DNA of 64,000 nt, taken from contig CAVSGI010000010.1 of the NCBI GenBank assembly GCA_963727445.1, forward strand, positions 192,001 through 256,000, read 5' to 3'. Each line of letters begins with the position of its first letter. Positions within the stretch are counted from its first letter, which is position 1. Source of the DNA: an uncultured delta proteobacterium (GTDB lineage Bacteria > Myxococcota_A > Polyangia > Polyangiales > B10-G4). A model generated the notes under the pieces. That model saw nothing but the letters and a program-made list of their open reading frames with translations. It was not told the origin of the DNA and did not search any database. The position numbers and the translations under genes are program-made. Below are positions 53,095-64,000 of this stretch, piece by piece.

Positions 53095-53226
53095 GCGCGT
53101 CTTTCCTCCGTGCGAGCCAAGCGCCAGAGGAGAAAGCAGCTTTGATGCCACGCACGCCGCGTGAATTGACGGGTGAAATCAGCGGCGAAGGGTGTGTCAG
53201 CGTGTGCCCCGCCGGGTGGGGGCCTG

Positions 53227-53856
53227 TCAAGGGGGCGGTGGAGCGTTCGGGCATGGGGTGAGCGCGAACGTCCCGTCTGGGTGCGGTCGTTGCTCGAAGC
53301 AGCGCGCCGCGCATTGGCCATGCGCGTAGAAGTCGTATTGGAGCAGGTACATCGCGCCGACCCTCGGGTTGAGCGAGAAGCCTACCGAGCAGCGGCCGTC
53401 GACCTCCTGCTCGGTCCGCGTCACGTATCGGGTACGCAGGTGGGTGCGTGTGCAGTAGCGGGTCGTCGTGTAGGTGCTGTTGCCGAAGCCGGAGCGCTGC
53501 GTGCCGCAGGGATAGCGTTCGGTCTCGGTATAGGTCTGGGGAACCCTGCGCGTGATCGTGTGGAAGAAAGTGGAGCCGAGTTGCCACGCGCCGGTCTTCG
53601 GGCGAACCCGAACTGCCGTCGTTCGCGTTGCGCCTCGCGCCTCCGGATAGGGGACCCGGATCTCGTGACCATCGAGGGTGATGCGTTCCGTCATCTGAGG
53701 CCCGGGTTGCGAGTGATAGTTCACCCGCAGCTTCACTACGGCGTGTGGCTCACTGGCGGTGGGCGGGACGTAACGTGGAGGTGCGCATCCGAGGCACGCA
53801 AAGATGATCAACGCCGCGGACACGTGGCGACACAGGTCGTCGAGCTCGAATCGCAC
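53227..53856 (-). CDS. Hypothetical lipoprotein
   Basis: ALIIFACLGC lipobox; Thr/Tyr-rich mature region; start uncertain. Confidence 0.55.
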   Translation of the reverse strand: MRFELDDLCRHVSAALIIFACLGCAPPRYVPPTASEPHAVVKLRVNYHSQPGPQMTERITLDGHEIRVPYPEARGATRTTAVRVRPKTGAWQLGSTFFHTITRRVPQTYTETERYPCGTQRSGFGNSTYTTTRYCTRTHLRTRYVTRTEQEVDGRCSVGFSLNPRVGAMYLLQYDFYAHGQCAARCFEQRPHPDGTFALTPCPNAPPPP

Positions 53857-53946
53857 TCGTTGATTCCAACGACTGCTTTGATCGGTGCGTCCACGAGGAG
53901 ATTCTACGCGGACGCGGCGCGAAACGCGCACACTCCGAAGGGGCGG

Positions 53947-55938
53947 CTACACCTGCGCGCGGGCGGCGTCCGTGCGGTCGCCGAAGATGTCTTCGGGGGT
54001 CGCGATGTAGCCCGCGACGGCGCTGGCGACGACGGTGAGGGGGCTCGCCAGGTAGACGTTGCCGGGCCCCGAGCGGCCCGGGAAGTTGCGGTTCTGGGCG
54101 CTGACCGTGACCTGGTTCGGGTCGTCGGACTTGCCAGGCCCCGCGTTGATGCAGGCGCCGCAGCTCGGGTTGATCACCTCGACGCCCACGCGCTGGAAGA
54201 GGTCGATGTAGCCCCTCCTTGGCGGCGTAGTCGCGGATGTGCTGCGAGCCGAACTGGATGTAGCAGCGCACGTCGGGCGCGACGCGCATGCCGCGCTTCT
54301 CCGCCTCGCGGAGCACCGCCGCGTACATGTCCATGTCGCTCTTCTTGCCGCCGGTGCAGCTGCCGCCGTAGGCGATGTCGATCTTCACCTTGTCGCCGAC
54401 GTCAGAGAGCGCGATGCCGTTCCGCGGGTCGCCGGGGGTGGCCACCATCGAGGGGACCTCGGCGAGATCGATGTCGAAGGTCTCGACGTAGCTGGCGTCG
54501 GGATCGCTCTTCACGATGCCCGCGCGGATCTGGTCCTTGGGCGTGCCCCGCATCTCGTGGATGTAGTCGACCACGACCTCGTCGGCTTCGATGATGCCGG
54601 TGAAGCCGCCCGCCTCCACAGCCATGTTGGTCAGGGTGGCCCGCTCGTCGAGGGGCATGCGCGACACGCCCTCGCCCGCGAACTCGAGCACCTTGCCGAT
54701 GCCCTTGGAGGTGCGGAAGAAAGGCTGGCTCAGGATGTAGAGCATCACGTCCTTGGCCGAGACGCCCTGTCGAAGCTCACCGCTCAGCACGAAGCGCACC
54801 GTCTCGGGCACCTTCACGCGGACGTCCTTCGTGTACCAGCTGTTCGCCATGTCGGTGCTGCCGACGCCGAAGGCGAAGCAGCCGAGCACGCCGGCCATGC
54901 AGGTGTGGCTGTCGGTGCCGGCCACCACCATGCCGGGGAGTGCCGAGATCCTCGACCACCGCGTTGTGGCAGATGGCCTCGGAGCCGCCGCCGCTGACCT
55001 CGCCGTAGAGCTTGAGGCCGTGCTTCTTCGAGAAGCTTGCCTGCGTGGTGGCGAGACCGTCGGCGTGCTCGAGGAGGCCCATCTTCCGCTTCGACTCCTC
55101 CATCACGTCGCCGAGATAGGTGAGATGGTCGCGGAAGGTGTAGACGCGTGTCGTGGTCGGTGACCGTCGCCTCCGGGCCGAAGCCCTGGCGGAAGAGCGA
55201 GTCGGCCATGGGCGTCACGTACTCGTGACTGAAGCGAACGTCGGTGCGCACGAAGAGCGCGTCACCCGGCGCCACCGCAGGGACGCCGAGGGCGCCGGTC
55301 TTGGCGTCGCGCACGGCGTGCTTGGCGATGATCTTCTCGACCATCGTCATGGGGCGCGCCGGCGTCTCGATCGGCGGCGGCGAGGTCTCACCCGCCATGC
55401 GGCGCTTGTTGTACTCGAAGAGCCCGCCGGAGCGGACGATCTCCGCGCTGATCGGGTCGAGCCCCTCGGTGAAGGTCGACAGCTCGATCTCCTCGCCGCG
55501 CAAGATGCGCGGGATGAGGGAGAAGTCGGTGGAGGTGAGCAGGCCGATGTTCTGGCAGTTCTGGCCGTAGATCTTCTCGATGCTCTCGGCGATGACCAGC
55601 TCGATGCCGGCCGTCTTCTCGCTGTAGGGCGCGGTCTCGCGGGAGCTGCCGCAGCCCTTGGACTCGCCGCTGACGATGACGCTGAAGCCGCCCTTCTTGA
55701 GGGTGTCCTTTTCGAAGAGACCGCCTCTCAGGCCCACCATCGAGTAACGGCCGAGGGTCTCGTCGTAGTAGAAGCAGACCCAACCCGGCGTGATCTCGTC
55801 GGTGCTGATGGCGTCGATCAGCTTCCGATCGGGATCGAAGGCCAGATCCTCTCCTTCGAGCTGCTTCTTCAGGAGCTCGAGGTCTTCGGTGAGAAAGAGG
55901 ATGCGTCCGTCGAAGTGGATCCGGTCGGGTCTTGCCAT
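53947..55938 (-). CDS. Aconitase-family (3-isopropylmalate dehydratase-like) protein, small (swivel) and large subunits fused; frameshifted
   Basis: ISTDEITP and GCGSSRE (swivel) N-terminally; SHEY, DHL, GTDSHT, NMAVEAG, GGSCTGG, PSCGAC, NRNFPGR, YLASP C-terminally; frame changes near 55150, 54945 and 54215. Confidence 0.85.
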
Positions 55939-56068
55939 GAAGCGCCTACATTCATTAGAGGCCACGCCGTCCCCCCGCAAGGACTGTTCGAGGATCAGCG
56001 TGAGGAGAGATCTGTGAGGATCCACACTGGGACTGGCAATAGCTGAGAAAGGACTAGAATCCCGGGCG

Positions 56069-57728
<1,660 letters not shown>

Positions 57729-57854
57729 CCCCCCGCGCTCTTGCTCGTTCTCGACGCAAGCCGTCTCGAGCCACCCAACGTCGCGCAGCGCCAGCGCCCG
57801 AACGCACGCGTCGAGAGTGAGCCGCGTCCCCCGAACATCCTCGGCGGGACGAGC

Positions 57855-58495
57855 GCGACATCACGAGAAGGGGCCGCGATGCGGTCGCAAGTCGAGGCGT
57901 TGCGTGCGACGCAGCGAGAAATGACCGCGGTGCGGTCACAAGTCGGGACGTCGCGTGCGACGCAGCGAGAAATGACCGCGGTGCGGTCACAAGTCGGCAC
58001 GTTGCGTGCGACATCGCCAGAAATGACCGCGATGCGGTCACAAGTCGGGACGTCGCGTGCGACATCGCCAGAAATGACCGCGATGCGGTCACAAGTCGGG
58101 ACGTTGCGTGCGACGCAGCGAGAAATGACCGCGATGCGGTCACAAGTCGGGACGTCGCGTGCGACGCAGCGAGAAATGACCGCGATGCGGTCGCAAGTCG
58201 GGACGTCGCGTGCGACGCAGCGAGAAATGACCGCGATGCGGTCACAAGTCGGGACGTTGCGTGCGACGCAGCGAGAAATGACCGCGATGCGGTCACAAGT
58301 CGGGACGTTGCGTGCGACATCGCGAGAAATGACCGCGATGCGGTCGCAAGTCGGGACGTCGCGTGCGACGCAGCGAGAAATGACCGCGATGCGGTCACAA
58401 GTCGGGACGTCGCGTGCGACGCAGCGAGAAATGACCGCGATGCGGTCACAAGTCGGGACGTCGCGTGCGACATCGCCAGAAATGACCGCGATGCG
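57855..58495 (+). repeat. Tandem array A: about 12.5 copies of a 51-bp palindromic (REP-like) unit
   Basis: Consensus GCGGTCACAAGTCGGGACGTCGCGTGCGACGCAGCGAGAAATGACCGCGAT; GAAATGACCGC recurs every 51 bp from 57918 to 58479; first unit degenerate. Confidence 0.97.
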
Positions 58496-58508
58496 AGGCG
58501 CCGCACCG

Positions 58509-59306
58509 TCACCATGTCGAGGCGGGCGCCCGAGCCGTGACACTGGCGGCCACGGCCTCCTCGAGCGCGATGCGGATGCGAAGCGCACGCAGCGCTTGAG
58601 GCGAGGCCGAACACGCGGCCAATCGCCGAGCGCTCCGCGGGGAGAGCGAAAGTGACCACGCGATCTCGGCGGTCGCGATTCCCAGCTGCCCCGCGAGCAC
58701 CGCGGCGGTGATCTTCGCTCCCATGACCGGGGCCTCTCTCCCGGAGAGCGGCGGGCCCGCCGCGAAGGCCGAGGACGCTGCCGCGGCGATCCGAGTAGGG
58801 CCCAAGGCGCGAAGCGCGGCGTCATCGAGAAGCGGGATGGACGGCGGCAGCCCCGCCGCTTCCAGCAGCGTCTCCGTCCGCAGGCGCGGCACGAGCTCGC
58901 GCACGCGCGGCGTGACGCCGGGAACGATCCGGGCTCCCACGAGATCCTGAAAGCACGATCCCGTCCAGAGCGCCGGATGGCCCGAGAGGCCGTGATGTTC
59001 GACCTGCCGCACCATGTAGGGGATCAGTCGCTTCAGGTGCTGCCGATCCCGCACCGGTTCGACGTGCGCGAGTCGAACATCGACCTGGGCGACCTTCTTC
59101 CACGCGAGGACCACCGACCGACCGACCCACGGGAAGCTCTCGCCATTGGCGAGCACCACCGTGTGCGCGTGATCATCGACGACGCAGAAGAGCACCACGC
59201 GCGCGCCGCTTCTTCCGAGTGCACGAACCGCCTGGCGCAGCGAGCGCTCATCTGGGAATGGGGGCAGACGACCGGCGGAGGTGAACGTCAGGTGGGCGCA
59301 TCGCAT
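58509..59306 (-). mobile_element. HUH/Y1 tyrosine transposase-like nuclease (RAYT/IS200-family-related) with C-terminal HTH
   Basis: N-terminal HLTF...R..PF.DE, HUH motif FCVVDDHAHTVV, candidate catalytic Tyr in RLIPYMVRQ, W-x-x-S motif (LWTGSC), C-terminal AEIAWSLSLSPRSARRL; flanked by palindromic repeats. Confidence 0.75.
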
Positions 59307-59398
59307 GCGGGCCTTATCGACTCGGAGCGGTCGCGGTTGCGCCGGGCGCGAGTGCGGCTCGGTTGCAACTCGGATCCCTGGTGAGCGCGGGCAGACCA

Positions 59399-60270
59399 GC
59401 GGTCACAACTCGGGTCGTCGGGGTCAACGCCGGCAGAAGTGACCGCCTCGCGGTCACAACTCGGGTCGTTGGCGTCAACGTGGGCAGAAGTGACCGCCCA
59501 GCGGTCACAACTCTCGTCGTCGGGGTCAACGCCGGCAGAAGTGACCGCCCAGCGGTCACAACTCGGGTCGTTGGCGCTAACGCCGGCAGAAGTGACCGCC
59601 CAGCGGTCACAACTCTCGTCGTTGCGGTCAACGCCGGCAGAAGTGACCGCCCAGCGGTCACAACTCGGGTCGTCGGGGTCAACGCCGGCAGAAGTGACCG
59701 CCCAGCGGTCACAACTCGGGTCGTCGGGGTCAACGCCGGCAGAAGTGACCGCCTCGCGGTCACAACTCTCGTCGTCGCGGTCAACGTGGGCAGAAGTGAC
59801 CGCCTCGCGGTCACAACTCGGGTCGTTGGCGCTAACGCCGGCAGAAGTGACCGCCCAGCGGTCACAACTCTCGTCGTTGCGGTCAACGCCGGCGGAAGTG
59901 ACCGCCCAGCGGTCACAACTCTCGTCGTCGGGGTCAACGCCGGCAGAAGTGACCGCCTCGCGGTCACAACTCTCGTCGGGGTCAACGCCGGCAGAAGTGA
60001 CCGCCCAGCGGTCACAACTCGGGTCGTCGGGGTCAACGCCGGCAGAAGTGACCGCCTCGCGGTCACAACTCTCGTCGTTGCGGTCAACGCGGGCAGAAGT
60101 GACCGCCCAGCGGTCACAACTCGGGTCGTTGGCGCTAACGCCGGCAGAAGTGACCGCCCAGCGGCCACAACTCTCGTCGTTGCGGTCAACGCCGGCGGAA
60201 GTGACCGCCCAGCGGTCACAACTCGGGTCGTCGGGGTCAACGCCGGCAGAAGTGACCGCCCAGCGGTCAC
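59399..60270 (+). repeat. Tandem array B: 17 copies plus a partial copy of a 51-bp palindromic (REP-like) unit
   Basis: Consensus GCGGTCACAACTCGGGTCGTCGGGGTCAACGCCGGCAGAAGTGACCGCCCA; one unit has a 3-bp deletion; degenerate copy at about 59357-59398. Confidence 0.97.
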
Positions 60271-60298
60271 ACCTCCGCCCGGTCGCCCTCAGGCCCAT

Positions 60299-60970
60299 TC
60301 ACGGAAACAATCGTGGCCACTCGGATATCAGCGGGGGCGCGTCGCCCTCCCAGGGTTCGTCGCACTGGCGCTCGCGGTACTCGAGCAGCTCGAGGTGGCC
60401 GTCCGTCAGACGATAGCGCCCGAAGCTGCCGCAATCGCCGATCCCGCGGTACTTGATGTGGTCGCGCGCTTCGCCGGTGTCCGGGTCGAACTCGAACCAG
60501 CCGGTGAGCGGACGGGAGGCGCGCTGCCCATCGGGACTGACGTATTCGAGGGTCAGCGCGCGGGCCTGGCCACCGGCCACGGTGAAGACGCGCCCCGCTT
60601 CCTGGTACGCCCCGATCTCGCAGACCATCCAGACGAGCACCGCGCCCTCCACACGATACGTATGCGGCCGGGTCGAAGCGGCGTCGTAGTCCGGGAGCCT
60701 GTCGAAGGGACAGGCTTCGGGGCTCCCGTAGGCCGCCTCGACAGCGTCGGCGTCGAACGGCTCGCCCGCCGCCTCGGCCGCCTCCGCCCAGGCGTCGAGC
60801 GGCAACCCGTCGACGTGCGCGCGACTCGGCGCCGGCTCCTCATCGGCCGAACCGATCTCGTCCATCTCCAGCGTCTCCGCGCGCGGCGGGCGGGCCGCCG
60901 ACATGGCTGGCTCCGCGCTCCCGCAACCCACGAGCAACGAAAGCGCGCACGCTGTGAGCCGAGCGAGCAT
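60299..60970 (-). CDS. DUF1176-like lipoprotein
   Basis: Lipobox LVGC; CEIGAYQ and KYRGIGDCG...C motifs reminiscent of DUF1176. Confidence 0.6.
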   Translation of the reverse strand: MLARLTACALSLLVGCGSAEPAMSAARPPRAETLEMDEIGSADEEPAPSRAHVDGLPLDAWAEAAEAAGEPFDADAVEAAYGSPEACPFDRLPDYDAASTRPHTYRVEGAVLVWMVCEIGAYQEAGRVFTVAGGQARALTLEYVSPDGQRASRPLTGWFEFDPDTGEARDHIKYRGIGDCGSFGRYRLTDGHLELLEYRERQCDEPWEGDAPPLISEWPRLFP

Positions 60971-61168
60971 TCGCGGCGACGCTAGTGCCTGGTCCAATGA
61001 TGTGGAAGGGGAGATCGCGACGGGCGTCGGTCACGTCGCAAGGAGGGAAACCGAAGGACGTGCAGCGCACATTCGAGGTTTCCCGACGCCGCGAGGCGGC
61101 CGACGAACGAGCGAGAACCCTTCTACGTCATTGGACCAGGCACCAGCAGTCTCCCTCCGAAACGCTTC

Positions 61169-62377
61169 TTACGGTCCGGTGGGCGCGGGATTGCCCGGCT
61201 GCGTCGAGCCGCCGGTCCCCACGCTCGGGGCGGCTGGCTGCAGGCCGCCGCCTGAATTCGCGGGCTGCTGCTGAGGTTGCTGGGCGGGCGCCGGTGCGGG
61301 CGCTGGCTGCGGTGCAGGCGCGGGCGCAGGCGCGGGCTGCTGCTGCTCGCTGCCGCCCGCACTCTGCCCCTCGATCGCCACCAGGTCCTCGGAGCGCGCC
61401 ATGCCGCGCACCGCGACCGTGTCGTCGACGGCCACGAAGACGTCGACCTCACCGGTGTCGTAGCGGTTCATCTCGCGCGCCCAGCCATCCTGCTCGAAGA
61501 CGGCGATGACGCTGTCGTCGAAACGCAAGCGCGTGCCCGCCGGGACCTTCCACAGTGGGCGCGTGTCCTCCGCGGCGAGACGCTCGGGCACGTCGCCTGC
61601 CGGCGTGGCCGGGGTCGGGGCGCGCGTCGGGAGCGCCTCGGCCGGGCTGAGCTCGACGTTGGTGTACCCGACGAGATAAGGGCCAGTGCCCACGCGAACG
61701 GCGCTCCACTCTCCGCGCGCCGCGACGAGCTCCACGACCAGCGGCGGGTCGAGCGCCGGCAGCGTCGCCACCACGTCGCCGTTCGGGCGGTCGAAGACCT
61801 GGACCTCCTGGCCTGCGGGCAGGCTCTTCGGCTCGCCAGGCTCCGGGCCCGCGGCGTCCGCGCCGGTCACCTCGTCGGCACCGAGGCGATCCGTCGGGTA
61901 CTCACCGAGGAAGGGACCGAGCGCCGGCGCGTTCGCCTGCCCCAGCCACGGTCGCACCTCGATCCGCATGATGCCGTCACCCGCGCTGCCGCGGACGCCG
62001 ACGAGATCGTTCGGCGCGACGTAGGTCGGCGTGCCTCGCACGCGGCCCTTTTGCTGCACCCGCGCCGCGAGGCGCGCGATGCTCAGCCAGCCGCGAACCT
62101 TCAGCGGTCCGTCCACCATCACGTAGACGCGGTCGCCCACCGGCGCGCGGCCGATGCGCACCGGCACTCCGGCGGAGACGTATCCGATGGCGGGCGAGTC
62201 GGCGCCTTCGCTCAGGTAGAGCGCCGGGCCGCTTCCTTCGCTCGTGACGAGGCGAGAAGGCCACTCCTCGTCGCTCGAAGGCGTCCTGGTCTCGCCAGTC
62301 GTCGTCTCGGTGGTCGTTCCCCCGCAGCTCGCCGCCGCTGCGAGCGCGAGTACCCCAATCATCGCGCGAGCTTTCAT
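61169..62377 (-). CDS. Hypothetical lipoprotein with Pro/Ala/Gln-rich tail
   Basis: Lipobox AASC; beta-rich SH3-like segments; PAPAP/QQQ C-terminus. Confidence 0.65.
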   Translation of the reverse strand: MKARAMIGVLALAAAASCGGTTTETTTGETRTPSSDEEWPSRLVTSEGSGPALYLSEGADSPAIGYVSAGVPVRIGRAPVGDRVYVMVDGPLKVRGWLSIARLAARVQQKGRVRGTPTYVAPNDLVGVRGSAGDGIMRIEVRPWLGQANAPALGPFLGEYPTDRLGADEVTGADAAGPEPGEPKSLPAGQEVQVFDRPNGDVVATLPALDPPLVVELVAARGEWSAVRVGTGPYLVGYTNVELSPAEALPTRAPTPATPAGDVPERLAAEDTRPLWKVPAGTRLRFDDSVIAVFEQDGWAREMNRYDTGEVDVFVAVDDTVAVRGMARSEDLVAIEGQSAGGSEQQQPAPAPAPAPQPAPAPAPAQQPQQQPANSGGGLQPAAPSVGTGGSTQPGNPAPTGP

Positions 62378-62459
62378 GCCCAGGCCCAATACCGCAGATG
62401 TGGCGCCATCGCCAGTGGCACTCGCGATCGGCCACGACCGGGCCAACGACGAAGCGCCC

Positions 62460-63084
62460 TCAGCGCAGGCGGGGGCGCAGCTTGATCCCGAGAAAATCAG
62501 CGATCGCCTGGGCGCTCTGGCGGTCGATGTCGCCCAGGCGGTCCTCGACCACGGCCCGGGCGTTGGCGTGGGGTTCCCCCTTGAGGGCGGGGAGCACGGT
62601 CTTGGTCCACTCCACCAGGATCTTGCCGTCGGCGCTCCCGAGGGCCAGCTTGAGCACCGGCTCGAGGCGCTTCTGATAGGCCACGGACGCCGAGCAGAGG
62701 TTGGCGAAGGTGTTCACGATGCCGGCCTGGCCAGCCTCGCTGAGCTCCTCGAAGCCCTGCTTGAGCTTGTCGAGGTGCTTGGCCACCCGCGCGGGCGCGA
62801 CCTGGGCGATGGCGGGCAGGGCGTTGGCGCTCGCCTGCACGACGCGCTTGTTGTCCGAGCGGAGGCCGGCGACGAATCGATTCGACGTAGCTCGCCAGCG
62901 CTTCGGGCTTGCTCGTCGCGATCTCCCCGATGATGCGCGCGGACTGCGTGGCAGCCGTGCGTGGCCCGTCGACGAAGTTGTCCGCGTGAGCACCGATGGC
63001 GGCGTTGTCCTTTTCTTCGAGGAGCCGCGCGGCCTCTGCCGCGGCGCCGCCTGCCTTCTTGCTCGCTTTCTTTTTGGTCGCCAT
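62460..63084 (-). CDS. HEAT/ARM-repeat-like hypothetical protein, one frameshift
   Basis: MATKKKASKK start; helical repeats; frame change near 62875 joins the 62497 and 62460 ORFs. Confidence 0.65.
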
Positions 63085-63142
63085 GGGCCGTCTGCCAGGA
63101 TAGGCGAAGCCTGCGCACGGCGTCGAGTGCGAATCGCGGCGA

Positions 63143-64000
63143 TCAGTCCTTCGCGAGGGCGGCGACGAGATGTGGAAGCGAGTCCTCGTAGCGATAGCTC
63201 GTCCCGCGATGCCCACCCGAAAACTCCTCGAAGTGGACCTTCGCCCCGGCCTCGCGCAACGCGCTTTCGAGCGCGCGAGCGGCGAATTGCGCGCCGTACT
63301 CGTCGACGTCACCGGCGTCGAGATAGACGAGGGAGAGCTGGGCGATCGCGTCCTTCGCGTTCTTCACGCGCACGAGAGGGTCGTGAGCCAGATAGCGCGA
63401 CCAGATCTCCACGAGGGGCTCGCCGGTGTGCAGGTCGAAGGGCAGCGCGGCGTGGGGCAGCGGCGCATCCGGCTCGGGTGCGTACGCAGTGGCCGTCGCG
63501 AGGAAGAAGAGCCCGTCGAAGTCCGGACCGCGCGGGCCTCGTTCGGTGATCTGCGCGCAGAACGCCTCGAGCCCACCGGCGGCGGCGTAGCTGATCGAGG
63601 CCTTGAGGAACATGGGCCTCAGGGTCACCTCGAAGGCGGCGTCCCCTGCGTGGCTTCCCACCACGGCGAAGACCTCCGGGCGATCCATGCCCAGGCGAAG
63701 CGCGCCGAAGCCGCCGGAGGAGCGTCCCACCACGGCGCGGGCCTCGCGCTTCGGGATCGTCCGATAGGCGGCGTCGACGTGCGGGACGATTCTCGTCGGC
63801 CAGATAGGTCTGGTAAGGCCCGGTCGCCGCCGAGTCGACGAACTGGCTCCCGCCCCAGCGGGTGATGGCGTCGGGCATCACGAGGATGGCCTCGTCGCAG
63901 GCGCCCGTCTCGAGGAGCGTCTCGTAGAGCTCGAGGAGATTCGGCTTCCAGATGTCGTAGCCGACGATGGAGCGATGGTTGGCGCCGAAGCCCGGCAGCA
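63143..64000 (-). CDS. Putative esterase (alpha/beta hydrolase, Fes-like); 5' end outside window, one frameshift
   Basis: MPDAITRWGGSQFVDS, nucleophile GRSSGG, DAGDVDEY, FSGGH. Confidence 0.85.

Noticed and set aside
57855..60270. CRISPR array interpretation of the 51-bp repeats
   Set aside because: The inter-hairpin segments are near-identical variants rather than unique spacers, and there are no cas genes in the window.

Overview
Very GC-rich bacterial DNA. The gene repertoire suggests a myxobacterium, probably Polyangia/Sandaracinaceae-like (inference): many lipoproteins with Asp/Gly-rich linkers, Cys-rich repeat proteins, a Ser/Thr kinase-TPR-lipoprotein cassette and a TonB_C-fused TonB-dependent receptor. 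Recognisable loci are a YqiJ-like/flotillin/giant AAA+ ATPase cluster split by an L,D-transpeptidase; an archaeal-type topoisomerase VI operon (top6B-top6A); a cbb3 oxidase cluster (HiPIP, DsbD_2-like, ccoI, ccoS, fused ccoNO, ccoQ, ccoP, ccoG); a biotin carboxylase; a swivel-first fused aconitase/IPM-dehydratase; and gpmI. The most striking element is at about 57.85-60.27 kb. A divergent HUH/Y1 (RAYT/IS200-like) nuclease gene is tightly flanked by two homologous, co-oriented tandem arrays of 51-bp double-hairpin units (about 12.5 and 17 copies), with mosaic variation and polarity. Several conserved genes carry multiple frameshifts that look like sequencing or assembly errors. No rRNA, tRNA or CRISPR-Cas was found. 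All family calls come from motif recognition; no database searches were run.
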